NCBI GenBank assembly: GCA_964019335.1 | Contig: OZ025679.1 | Location: 434,001 to 498,000 of the forward strand | Source: Diplonema japonicum | Lineage: Eukaryota; Protista; Euglenozoa: Diplonemea | Reading direction: 5' to 3' | DNA length: 64,000 bases | Shown: piece by piece, positions 33,301 through 44,570 of the stretch | Layout of the letters: the number at the start of each line of letters is the position of its first letter | How positions within the stretch are numbered: position 1 is the stretch's first letter | Notes under the pieces: generated by a model | What the model was told of the DNA's origin: nothing | Seen by the model: the letters and a program-made list of their open reading frames with translations, nothing else | Database searches by the model: none | Program-made: the position numbers and the translations under genes

Positions 33301-33410
33301 CGAGGCAAAGGGATTAAGTACCTACCATGCCCAGAAGATCTGATGATCAATGCAGTGGCGTTGACTGGGGTAAAACTGGCCCTTACTTATTGTAATACCT
33401 TTTGGTTTGA
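33301..33410 (+). repeat. short dispersed repeat, copy 2 (homologous to 20063-20192)
   Basis: Same blocks as copy 1. It is followed by a pyrimidine tract. Confidence 0.8.
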
Positions 33411-33549
33411 AAGTCTGGATTCTTTTTGTTCTTCCTTTCTTTTTTTTCTTGATGAGACCTATGCAGGCCTGCTCGGGCCGTTTAAGTCGCTTGCTTTCCT
33501 TCTTCTTTCTTTATCCTCCTTCGCTTCTCTCAGCTCACAACAGGTTGGG

Positions 33550-36500
33550 ATGCTCCCCTTCATATGGGTAGCTTGTCTCAGCGTGATACAAAGCTACGGC
33601 ACGGTGAGCTTGGGGAGCTACATTGACGAAGTGAAGGTGGAGGGCAGCTATGCATATGTTGGAATGCCTACGTACGGGATGAAGGTGGTGGATGTGAGCG
33701 ACCCTGCGAGCCCCTCTGTGGTGGGGGATCTGCCGATTACAGGGATCAGTGGTGGGTACGGGCTGGACGTAGCCGGGAACACTGCAGTGTTCACAGACCT
33801 CAACACAGGTGTCTATGTCATCGATGTGTCGGCGCCTGCGAGCCCCTCTGTGACATCCACAGTGGCGCCTAGTGCGATGCAAACCGGGTTCAGGCCCATA
33901 AGCGCAGCCATCAGCGGGAACACTGTTTACGTAGCAGACGGCTACAAGCTCGACGTCTTCTCCCTTGACATCTCCAACCCTGCGGCGCCAACCGTCTCCG
34001 GGCAGTGGCTTCAGGGTGGCTCAAATGGCGTGCCCCGCATGGTGTCCATCGGCGGCGACCTCCACTTAGCCGCCGACCAAAACGGCTACCGGAAGCTTGA
34101 CACCACCCCTACCACTTGGGGCGTCACCATCACGCAGAACGGCGCAGGTGAAGACTACCGCGACATTATCAATGCTGGGGGCGACGACTTCTACATTGCA
34201 GGCAAGCCATTTGGCTTGAGGCGTGTCACTATCACTGGAAGCTCCTACACTGTGGTCGCCTCCCACGCAGGTGTCGGCGAGTCTCATCACGTCAAGTACT
34301 GCCCCAGCAGCACTGGCAACGTCTACTTCGCAGACGGTACTGGCGCAACCTCAGTGCTTGCCGAAGTCAACCCGATCGGAGGTGGGCTTAGTTTTGTGCA
34401 GAGTTATCCTGTGGCGGACATAGGCTCCATTGGAACTGATGGGAGCATGTTGTATATAGGAAGGAACGCAGATCTTCAAATTTGGGGTTTGCCTCCGGCC
34501 ACTCCGGCACCTAAAACTCCTGCGCCTCCAACGTCGGCACCTGATACACCAGCACCTCTAACATCTGCTCCCGTGACGCCTGTTCCTTCGACACCAGCAC
34601 CCCTAACACCAGCACCACAAACACCAGCACCACTAACACCAGCACCACAAACACCAGCACCGCAAACACCAGCACCACTAACACCAGCACCACAAACACC
34701 AGCACCGCAAACACCAGCACCACAAACACCAGCACCGCAAACACCAGCACCGCAAACACCAGCACCCCTAACACCAGCACCCCTAACACCAGCACCGCAA
34801 ACACCAGCACCACTAACACCAGCACCACAAACACCAGCACCACAAACACCATCACCACAAACACCAGCACCGCAAACACCAGCACCACAAACACCAGCAC
34901 CGCAAACACCAGCACCGCAAACACCAGCACCCCTAACACCAGCACCCCTAACACCAGCACCGCAAACACCAGCACCACAAACACCAGCACCACAAACACC
35001 AGCACCGCAAACACCAGCACCCCTAACACCAGCACCCCTAACACCAGCACCGCAAACACCAGCACCGCTAACACCAGCACCACAAACACCAGCACCGCAA
35101 ACACCAGCACCGCAAACACCAGCACCACAAACACCAGCACCGCAAACACCAGCACCCCTAACACCAGCACCCCTAACACCAGCACCGCAAACACCAGCAC
35201 CCCTAACACCAGCACCGCAAACACCAGCACCGCTAACACCAGCACCGCAAACACCAGCACCACAAACACCAGCACCCCTAACACCAGCACCGCAAACACC
35301 AGCACCACAAACACCAGCACCACAAACACCAGCACCACTAACAGCAGCGCCCGTTACGCCAGCTCCCCTTACGCAAGTACCTCCTACCCTTGCTCCACTG
35401 ACTGCAGCGCCTACGACTTCTGCGCCTACCACTCCTGCCCCCTTAACGCAAGTTCCCCTTACGCTATCACCTGTCACTCCGGCACCGCTAACCCCTGCGC
35501 CACCTACTGTCTCACCCCAAACCCCAGCTCCTCCAACCAACGCACCTCCAACACCATTCCCTTCGACACCAGCACCTGTTGCCCCGCCCCCTACTTCAGC
35601 TCCCCTGACCTTGGCACCCACACAGGCACCCCTCACTCAAGCCCCCTCCACACCCGCACCTCCTACAGCAATTCCTACCCCTCTGATTGCAACCCCCACA
35701 GCAGTGCCGACAAGTACCCCAACAGCAGCCCCACTTACATCTACACCTTCGTCGGAACCCACATTAGCCCCCCACACATCTTCCCCTGTCACCTCTGTCT
35801 CTACTCCGTCCCCTCCTCTGTCTAGCAACATCAGCAGCGGCACAAAGACAGCGCTGGATGCCACCAACAGTGCCGGGTCAGTCCTCACGTTGACCACTGT
35901 CGGCTCACTGGTGTCAGGCACCTCTGGGCCAGGAGCCTTGACACAGAGGGTTGCAATGATAACAAACAAGTTGGAGTGTCTTGTGGATGATGAAGATGCT
36001 GAATACGAGCTTCCCCGTATCCTGCATCCGTTGGGGTTCAAGCTGAACGGGAACAGCAACGCAGGCTGTGTGGTGGGGAACATATTGCTCACTGTGGGGA
36101 CACTCATGGTGTGCGGGGCGGCAGGGTTTGCAGTAGGGATGGTTTCGAAGGAAGGGACCTTGCGCCGTGGGCTCGGGTTGGTGAGGTTCCCGAGCATTGC
36201 CTATGTGGTGGTGTTGTTCTTCTTTCCTGGGACGGTGCAGAGCGCTCTGGAGCTAGTGTTGTACCCTGCGGACGGGATGCTTGTGGTCGGGCTCCTTGGG
36301 CTCCTTTACACGGGGGCTGTGCTGGCAAGCATTGTGTGGTTCACCTGCAAGGCCCCTTTCAGCTCGTACTACAACTCGTTACAACGCACCTCACCAGTCG
36401 CAAAGTACATGCTTGGGACAGGGACGTGGGAGTCTGTGAATGGAACACAGCACACCGAGCAACATGGGCTGCTGTTCGATTCCTACAGTAACGAGAGAAA

Positions 36501-37215
36501 AGGTGTGTACACACTGTTCAACGGGAGGTACGCACTGGTGGAGGTGGGCCACATCTTGCCTCTAACTCTTGCGACGGTACTTCGCACGACAAGCAAAGAA
36601 GGGTGTGCTCTGAAGTCCGCACTTCTGGGGATCATCATGTTGGCTGTTGGGGTCCACTGTCTGTTGACGGGCCCGTATGTGAGCAAATTCCTGAACCACC
36701 TGATGACGCTGATGAGCGTGGTTCCGGCTGCTGGGTTGTTCCTGTTCACAGTGGCCTTCATGGCGGACAATGACAAGCACTGGGGCATCGAGGTAGGGAC
36801 GTGGCTGCTGTTCGCTGGGCTGATGTGCTGCTTTGTTCGCGCCGCTTACGACCTTGTCACCATGCTGATGGACGCACGGGGTAACCGTACCGCAGCTCAG
36901 GACGATGGCCAGGGGGGTGTTTCAAAGCAAGATGATGAAACATTATTCTGCAGCAGTGTCGAGCTAGGGGCGGTGGGGTCAGAGCCTATGACCGAGCCCC
37001 TCGTCTGCAGCATGGGGTCCTCACGTGGTGTGATTGCCTCATCGCTTACACTGAAGGAAAGCAGGCCGTACCCAAAGAAGCTTCTTTCCAGCGGTCCCTC
37101 ATATGTTGGGCGGCTGCGGTGCTCCAGGGAGTCCTTCGTGAACCTCGAGTCCTTCAGAGGCTCTGACTTAGGTTCGAGAACACCCTCTAGGTCGTTGTCT
37201 TCAAGAGCTCTGTAA
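33550..37215 (+). CDS. surface/membrane protein: signal peptide, LVIVD-repeat (beta-propeller-like) ectodomain, TPAP mucin-like stalk and ~7 TM segments (paralogue 1)
   Basis: MLPFIWVACLSVIQS signal aligns with paralogue 2. YAYVG...GMKVVDVSDPASP repeats, (TPAPx)n and a hydrophobic C-terminal block follow. Confidence 0.85.
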   Translation: MLPFIWVACLSVIQSYGTVSLGSYIDEVKVEGSYAYVGMPTYGMKVVDVSDPASPSVVGDLPITGISGGYGLDVAGNTAVFTDLNTGVYVIDVSAPASPSVTSTVAPSAMQTGFRPISAAISGNTVYVADGYKLDVFSLDISNPAAPTVSGQWLQGGSNGVPRMVSIGGDLHLAADQNGYRKLDTTPTTWGVTITQNGAGEDYRDIINAGGDDFYIAGKPFGLRRVTITGSSYTVVASHAGVGESHHVKYCPSSTGNVYFADGTGATSVLAEVNPIGGGLSFVQSYPVADIGSIGTDGSMLYIGRNADLQIWGLPPATPAPKTPAPPTSAPDTPAPLTSAPVTPVPSTPAPLTPAPQTPAPLTPAPQTPAPQTPAPLTPAPQTPAPQTPAPQTPAPQTPAPQTPAPLTPAPLTPAPQTPAPLTPAPQTPAPQTPSPQTPAPQTPAPQTPAPQTPAPQTPAPLTPAPLTPAPQTPAPQTPAPQTPAPQTPAPLTPAPLTPAPQTPAPLTPAPQTPAPQTPAPQTPAPQTPAPQTPAPLTPAPLTPAPQTPAPLTPAPQTPAPLTPAPQTPAPQTPAPLTPAPQTPAPQTPAPQTPAPLTAAPVTPAPLTQVPPTLAPLTAAPTTSAPTTPAPLTQVPLTLSPVTPAPLTPAPPTVSPQTPAPPTNAPPTPFPSTPAPVAPPPTSAPLTLAPTQAPLTQAPSTPAPPTAIPTPLIATPTAVPTSTPTAAPLTSTPSSEPTLAPHTSSPVTSVSTPSPPLSSNISSGTKTALDATNSAGSVLTLTTVGSLVSGTSGPGALTQRVAMITNKLECLVDDEDAEYELPRILHPLGFKLNGNSNAGCVVGNILLTVGTLMVCGAAGFAVGMVSKEGTLRRGLGLVRFPSIAYVVVLFFFPGTVQSALELVLYPADGMLVVGLLGLLYTGAVLASIVWFTCKAPFSSYYNSLQRTSPVAKYMLGTGTWESVNGTQHTEQHGLLFDSYSNERKGVYTLFNGRYALVEVGHILPLTLATVLRTTSKEGCALKSALLGIIMLAVGVHCLLTGPYVSKFLNHLMTLMSVVPAAGLFLFTVAFMADNDKHWGIEVGTWLLFAGLMCCFVRAAYDLVTMLMDARGNRTAAQDDGQGGVSKQDDETLFCSSVELGAVGSEPMTEPLVCSMGSSRGVIASSLTLKESRPYPKKLLSSGPSYVGRLRCSRESFVNLESFRGSDLGSRTPSRSLSSRAL
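34591..35340 (+). repeat. 15-nt coding tandem array ACACCAGCACCN(CAA/CTA), ~50 units (TPAPQ/TPAPL)
   Basis: Directly visible, 750 nt. Confidence 0.95.
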
Positions 37216-37218
37216 AAC

Positions 37219-37250
<32 letters not shown>

Positions 37251-37865
37251 AAAAAATTGAATTCCTCCCAAAAAGAAAAATAATATCTATGCACGTCTTT
37301 GTGAAACCTATCTCATATCTAGAAAAACCCGGCATTTTCCCCCCAATGACATGGTTTTCGACCTTTCGATTTCTAAAATGTGGATTTTTTTCTTCTTCTT
37401 TCTTTCTTCTTCCCAGCGACACTTAGAAAACTGAGGTAGAATCTTTGTATTAAAAAAAGAAGAACGAAAAAGGGAGGGGAAAGAAAAAAGAAGAAATGAA
37501 CGGGGGGGGAAAAAATGTTTCTGTTCCCGATTCGTTTCTCAAAAGCTGCTCCGTGTGAAGTCGTGTTTCAAGAAAAAAAAGAGAGAGAAAAAAAAAAGAA
37601 AAAAACTATTTACTGTCCAACAGGGCTCCCGCATTTTTACCATAAGTAGGAGTAAAAATACGGGGCCGAGAGGGGCCATGATAAAGTCATTCTTTGGCGG
37701 TAGTTTCGTGTCACGAAACTCTGAAACTATTTACTGCCCACCAACATGTATTGACTTTCCCATTGCCTCAAAATTCCGTGTTTTTTTTTTTTTTTTTAAG
37801 TTCAAGTTTTTACGTTATGCACTCTGAGATTACTGAAGTAATTTCAGAGGAGTGAAATATATTAA

Positions 37866-39565
37866 ATTCATAAAGGACCGCTATTTTTCGTCTAAAAAGT
37901 CGATTTTGAACTTTTCGTTCAAATACCAAAATAAAATGGCGAGGGTGGAGTTAGAGGGTGTGTACCTATATTATTTTCACTACCCCATTTCTGGAGCGCG
38001 AAGCGGCCTGCATTTCAGCCCCAGACGCGCCCAAACTTTGGTGGTAGAGCAGCATTTGAGAGAAACAACTCTTGCAAAGAGCACATGCTATCTGGAGGTT
38101 CCATGGTTTCGGCAAGCAGCGCTTATTCAGCGTGCAGGGTGGCTGGGTATTTTTTTTTCACCACTTATGGCCGTTCTTTGAACACAAGGTCCGAGGTGCC
38201 GCAGATATGCGACTTGTCCAATTTAAACGTATTTCTATTTTCAAGTGGTTTTCAAGAGGTTTTCAGGTGGTTTTTTAAGGTGTCGTTAATGTGAAGAAAT
38301 TCGAAACAGGGCACAGGGCACATTGCTACGTTGCAATCTCTGCACGAGAACATGGTTTTTTTCTCTAATTTGTTGCACACAGTGTAATTCCGTGCCTTTT
38401 GCATCTTTTCAGGACACATTAAAGGTGCACCCTTGGTACGTGAAGGTGCACCCTGAGGGGTAGGTATCTCAGGCTCCGGCGGGGAACACTTGATGTGGGT
38501 GCCACCCTTTTGCGATGATGTTGTTTGACAAGATTTCTTTGCCACACACTTGCTGACACTGAATGGGTATTCTGGGAGCAATTTCCGGGTTTTCCTGATG
38601 GTCCCCATGCAGTGGAAATCCGCATTGTAAATCCGTATCAACAATGGGACAAGCGAAAGCAGTTGTCAAAGACAATCCAGTAATTCTGGTGCTGATATTC
38701 GGTGAGCAGCTCTGCCTCTTTCCCCCGGGTGCCCGCGCCGGTACAAACAATCATGTTTAGAGTGTAACCGGTGTCTAATTTGCATTTTGAACCCATAACG
38801 CTTCCTCTTCTTCGGCTCATAAACAATGAACCCGACACGGCTTCTACAGCGTATGATGGTTCATCCACAGCAAGGTTTCGCTTGGGTACATACAGGGATG
38901 ACCAAGAAGGAACCACAAGATTTATAAGATTGCGCCCGTTAGCCATTCTGTCTCCTTCTCCTCCACCAAGGACCGCATTTAGCGCATTATTTTTAGGAGC
39001 CTGTTTCTTTCCATTACCGTTCTGAAATATTGTGAATATGGGGTATCTATGTTCATCCTGTGCCCAGTAGACCTTGATATCTGTCTTGATTATGAGCCCT
39101 GTAAGTATCCAAAGGCCTCTATACCACTCGAATGGCTTGCTGCCCACGATAGCCTTTTAGAGCCGCAGGAGTGAAAAACAACTCAAAGTACAGGACAAGC
39201 CCCCTGCTGGAGGGCCGCCCTATCAAAAACAAAGGAAAAACCTCCAGCCCGTTGAGACCCACTACTGGTCACTTGGACCTGGTACCTTGCGAAATATCTT
39301 CTTCCCCACCTTCTCGATTTTGTCATTCCATTCCATTTCCGGGATATCCCCATCATCCGGTGACACACTCTTCTTCAGAAGTACTTTCGGCACTACTCCT
39401 TATGGGGTGTAAAAAAAACAATGTCTGTGCCACTATTTTTTTTCTCCCCTTGCAGTTTGGATGCAAAAATTTACGGGCGATATAGCGTTCAGCATAAGAA
39501 AAGTCGCGCAATAAGAATTTAAAAAGATTTTTTTAGCTGAATATTCAGCTCCGGTCCTTTATGGG
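37866..39565 (-). mobile_element. decayed, internally deleted piggyBac transposon
   Basis: TTAA at both flanks (37862-37865 and 39566-39569). TIR core CATAAAGGACCG / CGGTCCTTTATG with a GGG|TTAA terminus. Broken minus-strand transposase remnants: YVPKRNLAVDE, TGYTLNMIVCTG, IVFDN and a C-terminal Cys-rich CRDCNVAMCPVPCFEFLH. Confidence 0.88.
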
Positions 39566-41132
39566 TTAAAAAGAAAAGAAAAGAACGAAAAGAATTCTCA
39601 TTAGTTTGCACTCATCGTTCTCAGTATCTCTTTAGGCTCTATTGTTCCTCCCCTCCTTTTTTTTCTTTTTTTTTAAATGTTTTAACCATTCTGCAATCTA
39701 GCTAAGCCCTTTACTCCTTTCGGCCTTCATGTTCAACAAGCCAGTCACTGGCTACTTATCATTTCTTTCTGTTCTTCGCCCGCGGAAAAGTGATGTTGAT
39801 ACTTATAGACACCCCTCCCCCCTCCCCCCCCCCCCCCCGGTTGTTGCCTAGGTTTATTATTTCCCGTATCTCTCCCAGTATTTAAAAAAAGCAGTGAAGA
39901 GTTTCCCCCCCCCCCCCCCTTTGCTTTTTTTGTTTCTCAGGGGGGTTTTATGTGCGAAACCCTTTCGCAGTCGGGAAAGGGAGAAGAAGAAAAATGAATG
40001 ACCGGGCTTTCTCTTCTTTTTTTTTCCCCTCCCCAAAGCTGTCATTGCATAACAGAATAGTCTTTAACACCATCAGTTGAAGTCATCACCGGATATGCCA
40101 CTTTCTCTCGACGATTTACCTTCGTTCGTTGAAGCCAGTAAAGGGGGGTGCTCCTTTTTTTTTTTCTCTCTCTCTGTTTCTTCCTCCTCGCTTTCGTTAG
40201 TTTACACAAGTTTCTAATTAATCTTTTGTGCCAGCACGCATTGCTTTCACCATCAATTGACGGTTGGTAGATGGGAGGGGGGAGGGGGAGTTTTTTTTTT
40301 TTTCGTTCGTTACTCTTCACGATTACACTCTTGGGTTTTTAAGTAGGTTTCTTTTTTTTTTTTCGCATACCTTAAAAGAATAGTTTTTTTTTTTCTTTGA
40401 AGGTTAGATTCCAAAAAAAAAAAAAGAAAAAAAAAAAGAAAAAAGGAATCTCCTTTATCTCACCTTTTTTTTTTGTTAGTTTAACAAAGTCGATCGAGAC
40501 TAAAGAAACTAGCTGATGGCAACGTGACGAGGCTATTTTATTAGGTAAAATACCCCTCGTGTGCACAAGTAAATGAAACGCCAAACTAGTTTTTTTTTCT
40601 TCTTTTTGTTTTTGTTTTCTTGTTCGTATTTAACAAGTACCACTCATTTTTCTTGTAAGAACAAGTGGTAGCAGTACTCATCTCAGGATTTGGACCGTGT
40701 GCATACGGGTGTTAAATTCTGAAATCTTATTTGTTTTCTTCTTCTTTTCCGCGTGCATAATAAAACAAATGCTTATGTATCTGATTATTTCTTCCTTTAC
40801 CTTTTTTTGGGGCAGCAGGACCAAGGTTTCTCAGACCCGAGTCAAGCTGAGGGGACTGTGCACCTTTTCCTGCTCACGGATCCCATTATTCGACCGAGTC
40901 TTGTGTTTCCAAGGTCTTCGCCTGCAAGGTGCCATAGTTTTCAGTTTTTTCTTCTTCTTTTTTCTTCGTTTCCTCTTTCCCAACACCGCGCACTGCAATG
41001 TCTTCTTTCTCCTTTGATGGGGGGGCGGTTACTAACTCCCTTCTCACCCCTCCCAATTTCGCAGCGATTTCTTTTCTTCTTCTTTATTTTTCAAATATAA
41101 AAATAATAAGCCCGCCACCACCACCACTAGGG

Positions 41133-44100
41133 ATGCTGCCTTGCATATGGGTGGCTTATCTCGGTGCGATCCAAAGCCTCGGCACAGTGTCGTTCACAAG
41201 CTATATCGATGAGATATGTGTTAAAGGCAATTATGCATATGTTGGAATGCCTGCATACGGGATGAAGGTGGTGGATGTGAGCGACCCTGCCAACCCCTCT
41301 GTTGTAGGGGATCTCCCGCTCACGGGGGTTTTCAAAGGGTACGGGCTGGATGTTGTGGGGAATGTTGCAGCCTTCGCTGATATGAACAAAGGTGTCTACA
41401 TCATAGATGTGTCAACACCCACGAATCCACAGGTTAGTGCAACAGTAACACCAGCGGTGATTGCAGCGGGGAGCGAACCCGTCGATGTGTGCATTATCAA
41501 CAACAAGGTTTACGTATCAGATGCTAGTACACTGAAAGTGTTCGTCATTGACATCACCAGCCCTGCAGCCCCCAGTGTGCTTTCTTCATCTGCCTGGTCT
41601 GACACCTCCGTTGTGACAGGTATTCCCCGCATCATCGCTGTTGGTACTACTGACCTCCATCTCGCGGCTGATACCGCAGGGTACCGCAAGCTCAGCACTA
41701 CCCCTCCACTTTCCACAACCATTTCCGAAGCCGTCCCAGCCGCTGGCGATAAATTCCGTGACGTTGCCCAGGGGAGTGGCACGACTTTCTTCATCGCCGG
41801 CGAGCCGTTTGGTCTCAAAAAGATAACTATCTCAGGAGCCACCTACACCGAGGTCGCGGCGTACCCATCGACGCAAAGCCAGTCGCATGGTGTCGTGTTC
41901 TGCCCCCAGAGCACTGGTCACGTGTACTTTGTCGACGGGTATGGTCACACATCCTCTTTGACTGAAGTGGATGAAAGCACGTTTAACTTGGTGCAGAGCT
42001 ACAGTGTATCAGGGATTAAAGCGATAGCTAGTGATGGGGTGAGGGTGTATCTTGGGAAGGATGCAGAATTAGACATTTGGGGTTTGCCTCCTACACAAGC
42101 ACCTCCTACACAAGCACCTCCTACGCCAGCACCTCCTACACCTGCCCCTCCAACTGCAGCACCTGATACACCAGCACCTCCTACACCTGCACCTGATACA
42201 CCAGCACCCCCGACCCCTGCACCTCCAACTCCTGCACCTGATACACCAGCACCTCCTACACCTGCACCTCTAACTCCTGCACCTGATACACTAGCACCCC
42301 CTACACCAGCACCCCCAACTCCTGCACCCCCTACACCTGCACCTCCAACCCCTGCACCCCCTACCCCTGCTCCCCCGACACTTGCCCCTCCAACCCCAGC
42401 ACCTCTTACACCAGCACCCCCGACCCCTGCTCCCTCGACTCCTGCACCTCCTACACCGGCACCTCCTACCCCCGCTCCACCGACACCAGCACCCCTAACA
42501 CCAGCGCCTCCCACCCTTGCTCCTCCGACTCCTGCGCCCCCCACTGCTGCACCCCTTACTCCGTCACCTCCCACCCTGGCACCTCTGACACAAGCACCTG
42601 CAACCTTGTCGCCGCCCACCGATTCGCCCCCAACCCCAGCACCTCAGACCAATTCGCCTCCAACAGCTGCTCCCCCGACACAGGCACCTCCCACCTCTGC
42701 ACCTCCCACCAATTCACCCCCAACACCATTCCCTTCGACACCAGCACCTGTTACCCCTTCGCCCCCTACTTCAGCTCCCCTGACCTTGGCACCTCCCACA
42801 CAGGCACCCCTCACTCAAGCCCCCTCCACACCCGTACCTCCTACAGCAGTTCCCACACAGCCTCCCCTTACACAGGCTCCTTTAACACGGTCCCCTGCAA
42901 CTTCGGCACCATCCACGCAAGCGCCAGTCACAGCAGAACCGACTGCCGTCCCACCCACCATTGCACCCACCACGCTTGTTCCGACATCTGCACCGGCCAC
43001 CCCCGCACCTCTGACCGACACCCCCACAGCAGCCCCGCTTACATCAGCCCCCACGACAGTCGTGCCCTCTCCTGTTCCCCTCACGGCCCAACCAACGTTT
43101 GCTCCCCTCACATCTCCTCCTGCGACACCTGTTCCCGAAACTCCATCCCCTCCTGTCACCTCTGTGCCTACTCCATCCCCTCCTGTGGAAAAGTCAGAAC
43201 GTCAGACGTATAACATCAGCAGCGGGGCGCAGAAAGCACTGGATAGCACTGAAAGTGCTGGGACGGTCCTCACGTTGACCACTGTCGGCTCACTGGTGTC
43301 AGGCTCAGCCGGACCAGGGGCCCTGACACAGAGGGTTGCAATGATAACAAACAAGTTGGAGTGTCTTGTAAGCAATGAAGATGCTGAATACGAGCTTCCC
43401 CGTATCCTGCATCCGTTGGGGTTCAAGCTGAACGGGAACAGCAACGCAGGCTGTGTGGTGGGGAACATATTGCTCACTGTGGGGACACTCATGGTGTGCG
43501 GGGCGGCAGGGTTTGCAGTAGGGATGGTTTCGAAGGAAGGGACCTTGCGCCGTGGGCTCGGGTTGGTGAGGTTCCCGAGCATTGCCTATGTGGTGGTGTT
43601 GTTCTTCTTTCCTGGGACGGTGCAGAGCGCTCTGGAGCTAGTGTTGTACCCTGCGGACGGGATGCTTGTGGTCGGGCTCCTTGGGCTCCTTTACACGGGG
43701 GCTGTGCTGGCAAGCATTGTGTGGTTCACCTGCAAGGCCCCTTTCAGCTCGTACTACAACTCGTTACAACGCACCTCACCAGTCGCAAAGTACATGCTTG
43801 GGACAGGGACGTGGGAGTCTGTGAATGGAACACAGCACACCGAGCAACATGGGCTGCTGTTCGATTCCTACAGTAACGAGAGAAAAGGTGTGTACACACT
43901 GTTCAACGGGAGGTACGCACTGGTGGAGGTGGGCCACATCTTGCCTCTAACTCTTGCGACGGTACTTCGCACGACAAGCAAAGAAGGGTGTGCTCTGAAG
44001 TCCGCACTTCTGGGGATCATCATGTTGGCTGTTGGGGTCCACTGTCTGCTGACGGGCCCGTACTGTGGCGCATTCCTGAACCACCTGATGGCTTTCACGA

Positions 44101-44570
44101 GCGTGGTTCCGGCTGCTGGGTTGTTCCTGTTCACAGTGGCCTTCGTGACAGACAATGACAAGCACTGGGGCATCGAGGTAGGGACGTGGTGCCTGTTCGC
44201 TGGGCTGATGTGCTGCCTGGTGCGCACAGCGTACGATATGGTGACGATGGCATTGGACATGAAAGATAGTAAGAAGGTCTCTTTGCAAGAAAAGCAATTA
44301 GGAAGCATGGGGGAGGTCTCGTCGCTAGACCTTGGCATGAAGGGTGCGGGGCATGAAACCTTTGCAGATTGTCATGTTGAACTCAAGGAATGCCACACAG
44401 ACCCTGCACTCACAGAACCCCTTATCACTCCTGACGCTTCTCAAGACGATCTCACATCTTCGCAGCTAAGGATGGGGGCAAGGCGCAGCACGAAGCCACT
44501 GGGGGCATCTTTCATTCACACATCTGCGGAGAACCAGAAAAAGCTCTATGGAAGGATTGTCACGATGTAG
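41133..44570 (+). CDS. surface/membrane protein, LVIVD repeats + TPAP stalk + ~7 TM (paralogue 2)
   Basis: Same architecture as 33550-37215. The TM region is nearly identical at the DNA level. Confidence 0.85.
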   Translation: MLPCIWVAYLGAIQSLGTVSFTSYIDEICVKGNYAYVGMPAYGMKVVDVSDPANPSVVGDLPLTGVFKGYGLDVVGNVAAFADMNKGVYIIDVSTPTNPQVSATVTPAVIAAGSEPVDVCIINNKVYVSDASTLKVFVIDITSPAAPSVLSSSAWSDTSVVTGIPRIIAVGTTDLHLAADTAGYRKLSTTPPLSTTISEAVPAAGDKFRDVAQGSGTTFFIAGEPFGLKKITISGATYTEVAAYPSTQSQSHGVVFCPQSTGHVYFVDGYGHTSSLTEVDESTFNLVQSYSVSGIKAIASDGVRVYLGKDAELDIWGLPPTQAPPTQAPPTPAPPTPAPPTAAPDTPAPPTPAPDTPAPPTPAPPTPAPDTPAPPTPAPLTPAPDTLAPPTPAPPTPAPPTPAPPTPAPPTPAPPTLAPPTPAPLTPAPPTPAPSTPAPPTPAPPTPAPPTPAPLTPAPPTLAPPTPAPPTAAPLTPSPPTLAPLTQAPATLSPPTDSPPTPAPQTNSPPTAAPPTQAPPTSAPPTNSPPTPFPSTPAPVTPSPPTSAPLTLAPPTQAPLTQAPSTPVPPTAVPTQPPLTQAPLTRSPATSAPSTQAPVTAEPTAVPPTIAPTTLVPTSAPATPAPLTDTPTAAPLTSAPTTVVPSPVPLTAQPTFAPLTSPPATPVPETPSPPVTSVPTPSPPVEKSERQTYNISSGAQKALDSTESAGTVLTLTTVGSLVSGSAGPGALTQRVAMITNKLECLVSNEDAEYELPRILHPLGFKLNGNSNAGCVVGNILLTVGTLMVCGAAGFAVGMVSKEGTLRRGLGLVRFPSIAYVVVLFFFPGTVQSALELVLYPADGMLVVGLLGLLYTGAVLASIVWFTCKAPFSSYYNSLQRTSPVAKYMLGTGTWESVNGTQHTEQHGLLFDSYSNERKGVYTLFNGRYALVEVGHILPLTLATVLRTTSKEGCALKSALLGIIMLAVGVHCLLTGPYCGAFLNHLMAFTSVVPAAGLFLFTVAFVTDNDKHWGIEVGTWCLFAGLMCCLVRTAYDMVTMALDMKDSKKVSLQEKQLGSMGEVSSLDLGMKGAGHETFADCHVELKECHTDPALTEPLITPDASQDDLTSSQLRMGARRSTKPLGASFIHTSAENQKKLYGRIVTM
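42087..42600 (+). repeat. degenerate 15-nt coding repeat (TPAPP/TPAPD)
   Basis: Protein-level pentapeptide repeat with scrambled synonymous sites. Confidence 0.85.

Noticed and set aside
33340-33378. Hammerhead ribozyme at CTGATGA plus hairpin
   Set aside because: No GAAA follows the stem, and copy 1 lacks CTGATGA.
33244-33549. N-terminal extensions of ORFs 33244 and 40998
   Set aside because: They cross a dispersed repeat or pyrimidine tracts. The two paralogues only align from MLP(F/C)IWVA.
34591-35340. CRISPR-like array
   Set aside because: The units are contiguous in-frame 15-mers without spacers, inside a eukaryotic CDS.
34476-35636. Long minus-strand ORFs (GAGV.., VLVF..) here and at 41999-42619
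   Set aside because: They are antisense shadows of the TPAP repeat.
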